IMG/VR virus record: IMGVR_UViG_2627853916_000003
Location: 1 to 64,000 of that record
DNA: 64,000 bases
Direction: 5' to 3' (one strand)
Source: a virus
Lineage: Duplodnaviria > Caudoviricetes
The notes below the pieces were generated by a model. That model searched no databases, had not been told where the DNA came from, and was given only the letters and a program-made list of their open reading frames with translations. The position numbers and the translations under genes were made by a program. Shown piece by piece: positions 10,764 through 19,289 of this stretch (position 1 is the stretch's first letter; each line of letters begins with the position of its first letter).

Positions 10764-13246
10764 ACAGCGATACCGTTGCTGGTAAGAAAGGCTCGAAAGC
10801 GACTGAGGACGATGAAGAAGCGGGTTTGGAAGCAATCGCCAATGCTTACAATACCTCGAAATACAAATTCATGATCCTCAATAAAAAAGGCGAAGTCGGT
10901 ATCAACTTGCATCATGGCACAACCGACATTCACCACTTAACGCTACCGTGGACTCCAATGAGTATCACACAGCGTAATGGTCGTGGCGCTCGTGTTGGCT
11001 CAAAACAAAACAGCGTGAATGTTCACTACTACACGTCTAAAGGCTCATTCGATGATTTCCGCTTGGCCACAATCCAACGTAAATCAACTTGGATTGAGAC
11101 AATGTTCAAAGGCAATGACAAGTACATTGCGAACGCCGATGCAGACGCAGCCGACGAAACCGCGATCATGCTGGCGGCAAATCCAGAAGAAGCGAAAGCC
11201 CGTATCGAAGCGGCCAAACGTGAAGCGGAGCGCAAGCGCAAGTTAGAGGAACGCCGACTAGCAAGTATCAACGTTAGCAAGTACATCAAAGCTACCCAAA
11301 TACTTGCTTTGGATGTGACCGCAGTTGAGGGCGAGCTGGCCGAACTACGCGAGAAGTTAGAACCGCTACGCAATGAAGTGGAAGAAGATCGCCTACGCGC
11401 AGAGGGCGAGAAGCGCGGCAGTTGGCAGCACCAAAACTACCAACGCACTAAAGGCAAATTGTTTGCCCTAGAAAGCCAAATCAAAACCTTTGAGGCAGCG
11501 ATCAAAAACCGCGACAAAGCGAGCGACACCATCAAGAAATTGAAACCAGCAATGGAGCTGGCCATCAATGACGGTGTGTTAAAGGATTACCCTGACTTCC
11601 TAACTCATCCAGAGCTATACATTGTTCGCAACGGTGTGATTGTTCGTAATGGCTACACCTACAAAGCCGAAGTTAAGAGCCGTTCTTGGAGCGCCGAGTA
11701 CGACTCAAAAGCAACAATCATGATCACCAACTTCGACCGTAAATCTGGCACGGTGGACGGCTTTATTACTGAAATGGACGGCGAACCAGCGTCACGCAAC
11801 TACGTCGATCTACCTGTTGAACGCATCATTGAAATTGCGCCAGTGAATCAGGATAGAGCAGCATTAGAAGCAAAAGCGCTCCAAGGTGTACCACTAAGTG
11901 AAGTCGCTCATACGTTTGACCGTGAGACGTTCTTTGAACTGGTCGCAGAGAAGAAAATGAAAGCCTACGGTAACAGCCGCCGTTGTTTGGTGCGCAATGC
12001 TGACGGCTCATTCTCTACGCCGTGGGGATTGGATGTTGAACCAGACCAAACGCTGATTTATCCAGATGCGAGCGATAAAGCGATCGTGAAAGCCCTACTC
12101 GACCAAGTGACCAAACAGTTGGAAGATAAAGGTCGCGTGATGTTGGAACACGACATTCTAAGTTTCTTTATCGGTAGCGATTGGGACAAACAGGCGATGG
12201 AAAACGGCAACCAAGTTAGCGAACAGGAAGTCGTTGAACTGGTGACACTTGAGATCAAAGCATTCGAGGAAAAACACCCTGAGCTTTATCAAGAAGCGCT
12301 ACTGAAAGCGGAGACAACTTACAAAACGTCTATCACTTTCCTTAAAGAGCTAGATAACCATCTAAGTAATTTGAAATGGACAGGTTACACCAACGCACAC
12401 GAAGCGCGCCGCCTATCGGCTCGTGAGTTCACTCGTTACACCGATATTCTGACCGAACGCTCTAGCGAATACCGCACAGAGCTGGAAGATAAGCTATTCG
12501 CTGACTTCACTAAGCTGGTGGCCAACGACCCTGACCGTGCGAAACGTCTATCACAGATCGCGTACTGGATGACGCAATACAAGCCAACGACCGATACTCA
12601 CTTGCTGAAAAAGGTCGATGCGATTTACGGCGAAAACTCACAAGAAACCATGCTTAAGGTATGTGCCGACCTACACGCCATTGGCGAACGTGAGTTCCTA
12701 TCCGGTGATGGTCTAATCTTCTCGGATGACTGGTCATTGAATCGCATGAAAGGTGCGTATGGTTCGCTATTCACTTACCGCAGCACACAGCGCGAAGAAT
12801 TTATCGAGAAGTACCTAAATGCGGATAAGCCGGAAAAGGCCGAGGTTCAAGTGACCGAAACGCAGAAAGTGAAAATCGATAATATCTCTGCCATTAACGT
12901 GGAGAGCATCGAGAAGTTTAGCGAACTAATGTCAGGCATTGGCATCGACGTTAAAATGGTGACTTCACCAATTAGCTGGAAGCCTAAGCGCGGTCGCAAC
13001 CGAAAAGAGATTGTTGTAGAGCCATACGAGCGCATTGGTTTGATGGACAACAATGGCCTTAAAGGTTCGCTTAAAGTGATGTTCGCTGGTGACAAGGAAG
13101 CTAAGGCCGAGTACGGCGCTGACTTCGCATCAAACGCAAGCAGTGAATTTAATGGCGGCTGGTGGTTTATCTCTGCGAAAGCGGATTTGGAACTACTGGC
13201 GAAATCGCTATTAACCATCCACAACACGTTGGCCGAAGCTGCCTAA
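10691..13246 (+). CDS. darB: DarB C-terminal part (helicase C domain and tail)
   Basis: One extra A gives TEEK-TQHKKLARIIADFVGCKLSEIGILNSD continuing into GEVGINL and QRNGRGAR. Confidence 0.85.
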   Translation, partial: TQHKKLARIIADFVGCKLSEIGILNSDTVAGKKGSKATEDDEEAGLEAIANAYNTSKYKFMILNKKGEVGINLHHGTTDIHHLTLPWTPMSITQRNGRGARVGSKQNSVNVHYYTSKGSFDDFRLATIQRKSTWIETMFKGNDKYIANADADAADETAIMLAANPEEAKARIEAAKREAERKRKLEERRLASINVSKYIKATQILALDVTAVEGELAELREKLEPLRNEVEEDRLRAEGEKRGSWQHQNYQRTKGKLFALESQIKTFEAAIKNRDKASDTIKKLKPAMELAINDGVLKDYPDFLTHPELYIVRNGVIVRNGYTYKAEVKSRSWSAEYDSKATIMITNFDRKSGTVDGFITEMDGEPASRNYVDLPVERIIEIAPVNQDRAALEAKALQGVPLSEVAHTFDRETFFELVAEKKMKAYGNSRRCLVRNADGSFSTPWGLDVEPDQTLIYPDASDKAIVKALLDQVTKQLEDKGRVMLEHDILSFFIGSDWDKQAMENGNQVSEQEVVELVTLEIKAFEEKHPELYQEALLKAETTYKTSITFLKELDNHLSNLKWTGYTNAHEARRLSAREFTRYTDILTERSSEYRTELEDKLFADFTKLVANDPDRAKRLSQIAYWMTQYKPTTDTHLLKKVDAIYGENSQETMLKVCADLHAIGEREFLSGDGLIFSDDWSLNRMKGAYGSLFTYRSTQREEFIEKYLNADKPEKAEVQVTETQKVKIDNISAINVESIEKFSELMSGIGIDVKMVTSPISWKPKRGRNRKEIVVEPYERIGLMDNNGLKGSLKVMFAGDKEAKAEYGADFASNASSEFNGGWWFISAKADLELLAKSLLTIHNTLAEAA

Positions 13247-13252
13247 CTTAAA

Positions 13253-13288
13253 TTTTCGCATGCGAAAAAGTTCTCGCATGCGAAAACT
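13253..13288. repeat. Palindrome pair AGTT(C/T)TCGCATGCGAAAACT (parS-like)
   Basis: Two adjacent copies between darB and ulx. Confidence 0.8.
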
Positions 13289-13302
13289 TTTTGGAGAAAA
13301 AA

Positions 13303-13728
13303 ATGATTACCCAAGTGAAATTGCCTACCGTTGAAGATCTAAAGCCCCTACTCGATGAGGCTTTAGAAACAGGGCAAAGCAAAGAGGCATTTATCCAAGC
13401 TCAAGTAGATGGCATTTACAAAACACTTCAAGCCAATCCGCTAATGTACCGTCACTATGGTGCTTATTGGTGGGCGGTTAAATCGCTAATGGCCAAACAT
13501 GGTTATGACCTTGGCAGCGATTCAGAAGTGATCACAGAGCAACACTTCAATTTCGAAGACCCTGCGATTTTGTTGTGTGCTGCGTGGGCGTACCAGCAAG
13601 AGCAAATTGATAAAGGCTACTGGCAAGCAAACCTACATACCTACTACGCCGATGATGAAGAATTTGAATATTCTATCGAGGATGTGAACCTTGAAGCGTG
13701 GAGCGTGAACGCCAAATCGATGCGTTAA
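13303..13728 (+). CDS. ulx: Ulx-like antirestriction accessory protein
   Basis: NPLMYRHYGAYW resembles P1 Ulx NPRLYRSYGPYW; follows darB. Confidence 0.8.
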   Translation: MITQVKLPTVEDLKPLLDEALETGQSKEAFIQAQVDGIYKTLQANPLMYRHYGAYWWAVKSLMAKHGYDLGSDSEVITEQHFNFEDPAILLCAAWAYQQEQIDKGYWQANLHTYYADDEEFEYSIEDVNLEAWSVNAKSMR

Positions 13729-13906
13729 GTTTTCGCATGCGAAAACTTTTTCTCATATGCCCGTCATTTTTGGCGGGTATTTTTTTGCACGGAATTTTGT
13801 AGAGAGTTCTCGCATGCGAAAACTATATGGAACGGAATGCTTTAAAGTTCTCGCATGCGAAAACTATATCGAACGGAATGTTTTAAAGTTCTCGCATGCG
13901 AAAACT
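13728..13906. repeat. parS-like palindromes: one single copy plus a 3-copy array with 41-bp period
   Basis: Copies start at 13728, 13805, 13846, 13887. Confidence 0.85.
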
Positions 13907-13914
13907 TTTGCTAG

Positions 13915-14017
13915 AAAAAAATAAACCCCGCCACTGGAAATGGCGGGGATTGCACGTTGAATCGATAAGCATTAATGCCCCACTACTACCCCTAATAGTT
14001 TTGTTGCTGCCTATCTG
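13915..14017 (-). ncRNA. Putative ~100-nt sRNA
   Basis: TTGTAT-N17-TACATT promoter (14052-14024) and terminator CCCCGCCA...TGGCGGGG followed by a T-rich tail. Confidence 0.55.
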
Positions 14018-14025
14018 TTGCGTAA

Positions 14026-14051
14026 TGTATATGAAATATATTTCATATACA
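14026..14051. promoter_or_regulatory. 26-bp perfect palindrome with AphA-box-like core ATATGAA-N6-TTCATAT
   Basis: TGTATATGAAATATATTTCATATACA spans the promoter spacer. Confidence 0.6.
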
Positions 14052-14170
14052 ACAAGTTTTTGCGTCTTTTTGATTAAAAACAATCAGTTATGCAACCGTG
14101 TACACTTGCCGTTTACGCGCTGGCAATTCTGTCACTTTGCTGAGCTGAATAAGTAATAATTCTGTCAAAA

Positions 14171-14238
14171 AGTTTTCGCATGCGAAAACTCTCTGAATCG
14201 CCCTCACATTTTTTGCAAAGTTCTCGCATGCGAAAACT
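14171..14238. repeat. parS-like palindrome pair (48-bp spacing) upstream of par operon
   Basis: Copies at 14171 and 14219. Confidence 0.85.
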
Positions 14239-14271
14239 TGTGCAATCGGTTCTGTTTGCTCACTTTTTCTC

Positions 14272-14323
14272 TTGTGCTGTTGCTTCTGGCAACGTATAGT
14301 ATGAGCCCGTTGCCAGTGACAAC
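14272..14323 (+). promoter_or_regulatory. par operon promoter with two operator-like inverted repeats
   Basis: TTGTGC-N17-TATAGT; GTTGCTTCTGGCAAC (14279-14293) and GTTGCCAGTGACAAC (14309-14323). Confidence 0.6.
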
Positions 14324-14340
14324 AATTAAGAGGCGTTGAT

Positions 14341-14583
14341 ATGGCATCTAAGGAACGATGCGAAAGACTAATTCAATTAGTCGAGAAAGCAGGAAGTACC
14401 AGAAAAGCCAAGCTGCTTATTGATGGCGTTAAGGGAGTAAGCCCTTGTCATACTGCCATCTACAAAGCGATGAATGGCGGCGGTACGACCGATTATGTGG
14501 TTCAGTGCTATATCGATGATCTTGAAACAGCACTGAGCAATTCAAAACAGCAAACAAATTCCACCAGCAAAGGAAATCATTAA
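14341..14583 (+). CDS. Small putative DNA-binding regulator of the par operon
   Basis: First gene of operon; TAATG overlap with parA; HTH-like segment. Confidence 0.6.
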   Translation: MASKERCERLIQLVEKAGSTRKAKLLIDGVKGVSPCHTAIYKAMNGGGTTDYVVQCYIDDLETALSNSKQQTNSTSKGNH

Positions 14584-15356
14584 TGAGCACTATCATGGCG
14601 ATTGCCAACCAAAAAGGCGGCGTAGGTAAGACAACGTGTACTTACAACTTTGGTATTCACATCGCTAACCAAGGCAAGAAATGTCTATTCCTGGACTTTG
14701 ACCCACAAAACAACTTGGGCGGCTCTATTGCACCAGAAATGGTCGAGAATCCAGAGTACACATCTGCGAGCTGCCTACACAACGCTTACAACCTTTTCGA
14801 AAATCCAGTAAAGGCTAAGCCTTTCGAAGTAAGCGAAAACGTACACGTTATTGGCGGCGATAAGCGCATGGGTAACATTACCCAAGACCAAATCCTAAAC
14901 GTGGCTGAGTCTATCGACCTTATCAAAGACGATTACGACTACATCCTTATCGACTGTCCACCAGCGGCGAACTCACTACAGCATGCAGCTCTACTTGTAG
15001 CTAGCAAGCTGCTTATCATTAGCCAAGCACAAAAAATGTCAATTAAGGGCGTTAATGAGCTGGTTAAGACTTCGCGCCAAATCCGTCGAATGAACCCTGA
15101 ATTAGAAGTGTTAGGCATTGTCCTAAACCTTATCGAAGCCAATATCACAAACGACCAACGCGAACAGGAAGCAGAACTTCGTAAAGAGTACGGCAACCTA
15201 GTTTTTGAAAACAAACTGATTAAAACAACGCGCGTAAGTGAAGCTCTAAACCAAGGCAAAGCACTGATTGAAACCAACCCTAAAGCGGCTGATAAATTCG
15301 GCTTTACAGCGGTTTGTGATGAACTTTGCATGCGCATGGCAGAGGTGACAGCATGA
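14583..15356 (+). CDS. parA: ParA/Soj Walker-type ATPase
   Basis: KGGVGKTT, DFDPQ, IDCPP. Confidence 0.95.
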   Translation: MSTIMAIANQKGGVGKTTCTYNFGIHIANQGKKCLFLDFDPQNNLGGSIAPEMVENPEYTSASCLHNAYNLFENPVKAKPFEVSENVHVIGGDKRMGNITQDQILNVAESIDLIKDDYDYILIDCPPAANSLQHAALLVASKLLIISQAQKMSIKGVNELVKTSRQIRRMNPELEVLGIVLNLIEANITNDQREQEAELRKEYGNLVFENKLIKTTRVSEALNQGKALIETNPKAADKFGFTAVCDELCMRMAEVTA

Positions 15357-16273
15357 CCAAAAGCTTAAGAGATCGAATCAAGCTTAGCGACCTAGATAAT
15401 CTCTTGGACGAATCAGCGGTAGAAATCCGCGATGCAGCGAAAGTGTTGGCCATCCCTAAAGACTCTTTGTATTCAGTCGAGCAAGTACGTGAAGAATTTA
15501 ACGATGAATCACTGCTTGAATTGTGCGAAAGCCTAGAAGAAAACGGCCAAATTCAACCTGTCGTTGTTTACCCGTTCGATGGCAAGGGATACAAAATCCA
15601 AGAGGGTGAACGCCGTTGGCGCGCCACTATGTTGAGCGACAAGCTGACTCACGTTGAATGTATTATCCGTGAAAAGGGCGATATTTTTGGCCAGCTCATT
15701 GAAAACATCCAGCGTGAAGATTTAACGCCAATCGAATTAGGTAAGGCGTTTGACCAAGCTAAGAAAAAGCACAATTTGGATAACCGTGGCTTGGCTAAGC
15801 GCCTTGGCAAATCAGACGGCTACATTTCGAAATACCTAAATGTACTTAAAGCCCCTGACTTTGTTTTGGAAGCATTCCAAAAAGGGATTATTGGTGATGT
15901 GGAGTCAATCAACGAACTACGCAAAGCAACCATCGATAACTCTGAGCGCGTTCGTGAAGCACTGGAAAGCGGCGAGAAGCTAACACGCCAAGATTGTGTG
16001 AAGTTACGCACCAATGCGTTTGGCAATGAGGTTGAGGTCAAGCTTAGCGAAGCAGATAAAGCAGACAAGGTAGAAAAGACCCAAACGACACCAGTAAGCA
16101 AAAAGCCTACAGCAAACCAAAAGCCTACCAGCATTTGTGTCATGGTTAATGGTCGTCATGGTTTGGTGTTCGCATCTGGTAAGCATAGCGACAAGCTAAC
16201 GGTACTGTTTGATGATGGCGAACTTGAGCAAGTGCCAGTTGGTGAAGCTCAATTAGTAGGTTATCGCGTGTAA
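15353..16273 (+). CDS. parB: ParB/Spo0J CTPase
   Basis: GERRWRA, ENIQREDL, central HTH. Confidence 0.95.
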   Translation: MTKSLRDRIKLSDLDNLLDESAVEIRDAAKVLAIPKDSLYSVEQVREEFNDESLLELCESLEENGQIQPVVVYPFDGKGYKIQEGERRWRATMLSDKLTHVECIIREKGDIFGQLIENIQREDLTPIELGKAFDQAKKKHNLDNRGLAKRLGKSDGYISKYLNVLKAPDFVLEAFQKGIIGDVESINELRKATIDNSERVREALESGEKLTRQDCVKLRTNAFGNEVEVKLSEADKADKVEKTQTTPVSKKPTANQKPTSICVMVNGRHGLVFASGKHSDKLTVLFDDGELEQVPVGEAQLVGYRV

Positions 16274-16293
16274 AGTTCTCGCATGCGAAAACT
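16274..16293. repeat. parS-like palindrome
   Basis: Single copy directly after the parB stop. Confidence 0.8.
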
Positions 16294-16295
16294 TT

Positions 16296-16628
16296 TTAAA
16301 GCGGGTGGCTGATAGGCTGCCCGTTTTTCGTTAGGACGTAATACCCGCCGTCACGGTACACACCAACCAAATAGTGATCGGTTGGTAGGTGAAACCAATC
16401 AAATATCCCCAACTCGTCGTGAGTAAAGGCAACGATATTCACCAGCTTCACTTTCTGGACGTGAAGCAGATAGACGTTATCCAGCGACCCTTTGTAGGGC
16501 TTATAGATATACTCGCCGTCTTTCCTTAAGGCGGGGATCTCGTTCTTGGTTATCGCTTTGCCATCGATAACACCGTCTTTGTTTATATCTACGTTCCCGT
16601 AGTGATAGCGATGCCGGATAGTTAACAT
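16296..16628 (-). CDS. hxr: Hxr-like protein
   Basis: VQKVKL...GQPISHPL recalls P1 Hxr; position after ddrB. Confidence 0.55.
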   Translation of the reverse strand: MLTIRHRYHYGNVDINKDGVIDGKAITKNEIPALRKDGEYIYKPYKGSLDNVYLLHVQKVKLVNIVAFTHDELGIFDWFHLPTDHYLVGVYRDGGYYVLTKNGQPISHPL

Positions 16629-16647
16629 CCCCTACTCCCTCAAATGC

Positions 16648-16684
16648 AAAAACGCCAGATTTGACGTTTAAATCTGGCGTTTTT
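16648..16684. terminator. Bidirectional intrinsic terminator
   Basis: AAAAACGCCAGATTT...AAATCTGGCGTTTTT. Confidence 0.7.
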
Positions 16685-16724
16685 GTTGCGTCTTCTAGGT
16701 TGTCACAGGCTAGGAAGCCTAAAC

Positions 16725-18134
16725 CTATTTTATAGTCGCGTAGTGCATTCTTGCAAGTTCGTCCGGTCGCAGAACAGACTCGAAAATAAAGCCTGTTTGT
16801 ACGCCCTCGTTTTCCAGCTCTTGATTCACTCGGCCAAGAATGTCGATAAGCGATGCACTACCGCCGCCAAACATATCCCCTAGCGCTTGGCCTTGGTGAA
16901 GCAGCTCACTATTGATTGCCTCGGCCATTGTCTTAAATGCCAGCGTCATGCGTTTTGCGCTTCGGTTATTGGCAGCAATGAATCTCGCCAGCGCTTCGGC
17001 CTCGGGATCGTTGTCGCCAAACAAGCCGGACTGAGCCAATAGCTCGTCAATGTGTTGGCCGGACTCTTTTGCCTGTCTTACCAGCTCGGTTGCTTGCACT
17101 AGCGAGTCAAGTGCTGACTTAGCGAGGTCAGGTTGTGAAGCGTTAATTTCCACGGCCTCTGCCAGCGTTTCAGACGTGTTTTTATGTACTTCCCCGCTCA
17201 GGTATTGCATCTCAACAAACGCGCTTGCTGCGCCGTTTAGCGCGCTCAAAATGTTGCGAATTTCGGGATCGGCTTCCTCGGCTACCAGCTTCACTAACTT
17301 CTCGTTTTTGTACGCCTTGGCAAACACGGCATTTTGCATGCGCTCAATCAGTTGTTTGGTTGGTCGGCCATCTTCGGTCAGTAGTCCGGCGGTTGAGTTA
17401 TCCCCAATTTCGGTTAGGAAGCTGTTTATAAATCCTTGGTTAGACTTGGCCAAAAGGTTGCCTGTTTCGCTCGGTTGGAACAGAGCAATCATGCGGTCAT
17501 CGATGCGTTCTGCGTCAACCCAAGCTGTCTCGGCTGCGCTCATTTGTTGCAAGTCAGAGAGGTTGGAATCTCGGGCAAACTTAGCACGGTTAACTTGGGT
17601 GACACGTTCTCGAACCAACACTGGCTCGCGCATGCTTTCAATTTTCTCCGGTGATAAGTCGAAGCGTTCCGCATTGTCGATTAGGAACTGGCGGTACTTT
17701 TCAGCTTTGCCCTCTCTATACGCTTTGATGATAGCGATGGTTCGACCGTTCCCCGACTCCACCACATTGTCCGAGCCGACAATCGGTGCGCCGTGGCTAG
17801 ATAGTCCAGAATCCGTTAATTGTTGTGGGCGCAAATCGTTGGCCATTTTTGAGATCTGCAATTTTGAGGATACGCGAGTACGGTCGCGCGGTTGCAGCTC
17901 TTGTGGGAAATTCGGATTGATTCGACCGTCCAAATCGTTCGATGGAATAAGGTCGCTGGCTTCCACGACTTTAAAGCCTGTCTCTACTTCGTCGCCTTTT
18001 GCTGTCACAACGTAGCTGGTGCGACCTAGCTTGGGTTTTGGATTGTCTGTTGCGTACAGTTGAACAATCTCGGCTAGGTCATTGATGGTTTTTGCCTCTT
18101 TGATTTCGGCGTTAATTGATGTGAGTTGATTCAA
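16725..18134 (-). CDS. ddrB: DdrB-like protein (ParB-superfamily domain)
   Basis: YVVTAKGDEV, QELQPRDRTR, SSHGAPI, VESGNGRT as in P1 DdrB. Confidence 0.88.
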   Translation of the reverse strand: MNQLTSINAEIKEAKTINDLAEIVQLYATDNPKPKLGRTSYVVTAKGDEVETGFKVVEASDLIPSNDLDGRINPNFPQELQPRDRTRVSSKLQISKMANDLRPQQLTDSGLSSHGAPIVGSDNVVESGNGRTIAIIKAYREGKAEKYRQFLIDNAERFDLSPEKIESMREPVLVRERVTQVNRAKFARDSNLSDLQQMSAAETAWVDAERIDDRMIALFQPSETGNLLAKSNQGFINSFLTEIGDNSTAGLLTEDGRPTKQLIERMQNAVFAKAYKNEKLVKLVAEEADPEIRNILSALNGAASAFVEMQYLSGEVHKNTSETLAEAVEINASQPDLAKSALDSLVQATELVRQAKESGQHIDELLAQSGLFGDNDPEAEALARFIAANNRSAKRMTLAFKTMAEAINSELLHQGQALGDMFGGGSASLIDILGRVNQELENEGVQTGFIFESVLRPDELARMHYATIK

Positions 18135-18160
18135 TTTGACCGCTCCGGTTTGGAGTGGCG

Positions 18161-18180
18161 AGTTCTCGCATGCGAAAACT
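18161..18180. repeat. parS-like palindrome
   Basis: Single copy upstream of ddrB. Confidence 0.8.
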
Positions 18181-18199
18181 TTTGGGACAGGGAAAAGGA

Positions 18200-18322
18200 T
18201 TAAAGGCTCTTAAGCAATGCGAAAAGCGCCTTGGCGTAGTTGTGCCGCTCACTGGCTGCCAGTGCAAGGTTTAGAGATTGCTTGTAGTAATAATCTGCTC
18301 GGATTTTAGTTAAAACATTCAT
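18200..18322 (-). CDS. Small hypothetical protein (40 aa, MNVLTKIRADYYYKQSLNL...)
   Basis: Hand-translated; fills the gap between two palindrome loci; weak GAG SD. Confidence 0.4.
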   Translation of the reverse strand: MNVLTKIRADYYYKQSLNLALAASERHNYAKALFALLKSL

Positions 18323-18347
18323 TTTGGTTTTCTCAAGTTCTCTGAAA

Positions 18348-18538
18348 AGTTTTCGCATGCGAAAACTATATCGAACGGGATTCTTTAAAGTTCTCGCATG
18401 CGAAAACTATATCGAACGGGATTCTTTAAAGTTCTCGCATGCGAAAAGTATATGGAATGTCATGTTTTAAAGTTCTCGCATGCGAAAACATCCGTGTTTT
18501 TCGCGCTCCGTGCAAAAAAGTTCTCGCATGCGAAAACT
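18348..18538. repeat. parS-like 5-copy array (spacing 41,41,41,48)
   Basis: Copies at 18348, 18389, 18430, 18471, 18519. Confidence 0.9.
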
Positions 18539-19242
18539 TAAGCGGCCAGTTTGTCAGGATTGTGCTCGAACCATTCAATCGCTTTTTGCTTGATGCTATC
18601 TAGCTCCAAGCCCTCTGAGTGAACGTCTCGCATTACATCAACAAACACCGATGGTTTGGCGTTATTAAACTCGCCAGCAAGGAATCTCGCAACTAGATCG
18701 CTTTGCTCAACTGGACGTTCGCCATTGTCGCGCTCATTCTGCTCGATGTGCTTCGTAAGAGTCTTGATAGCCTTGTTACGGTCAGCGCGCGACCAGCTAC
18801 CAAAGCCACCATTTTTCTTAGCTGAACCTGCATCGTTTTTCCAGTAGTCCAAACCGCGCGCAATATGCCCTTTGTAGCCAAACTGGAAGTTTTCACCATC
18901 CTTATACACAACGTAGTTATCGCCCTTTTCAACCACTTGGTAATTAGGGAAAAACGCCATTTCGTATTCGTACCAATTAGGCAGCAATAGCACTTCATTG
19001 AGCTTTTCAAGCTTATCGGAGCGACCTAACTTGGAAAATTCTTCTACCGATATTGGCTCATCCGAACTTGATACCGGCTTCTGCTCAACCTTTTGGTTAG
19101 CGCCAGTCAGTTTATTAAGAATTTCCACCAGCTCACGGTTCTTTTTGATGCGTTCACCAATCGATAGCTGGCCACTCTTAAGCTCTATCAACAAACCCGC
19201 AGCATCGCGGTTGAGCGTCATTTTTTCTCTTAAGCTTAACAC
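18538..19242 (-). CDS. ddrA: DdrA-like protein with internal insertion
   Basis: C-terminus LVARFLAGEF...IKQKAIEWF...LAA resembles P1 DdrA; follows darA. Confidence 0.65.
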   Translation of the reverse strand: MLSLREKMTLNRDAAGLLIELKSGQLSIGERIKKNRELVEILNKLTGANQKVEQKPVSSSDEPISVEEFSKLGRSDKLEKLNEVLLLPNWYEYEMAFFPNYQVVEKGDNYVVYKDGENFQFGYKGHIARGLDYWKNDAGSAKKNGGFGSWSRADRNKAIKTLTKHIEQNERDNGERPVEQSDLVARFLAGEFNNAKPSVFVDVMRDVHSEGLELDSIKQKAIEWFEHNPDKLAA

Positions 19243-19289
19243 TTGATTCTCTCCGGTTTAGGCCGCCGATGTGGCGGCCTTGGTTGTGA

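Noticed and set aside
14026-14051. Palindrome as a protelomerase or lox site
   Set aside because: Short, no telN or cre in the window, and it fits exactly over a promoter; not fully excluded
17050-18015. 321-aa plus-strand ORF and many similar antisense ORFs
   Set aside because: Shadow frames of well-supported genes on the opposite strand
18348-18538. 41-bp arrays as a CRISPR array
   Set aside because: Spacers are about 21 bp and near-identical, there are no cas genes, and single dispersed copies near parAB fit parS better
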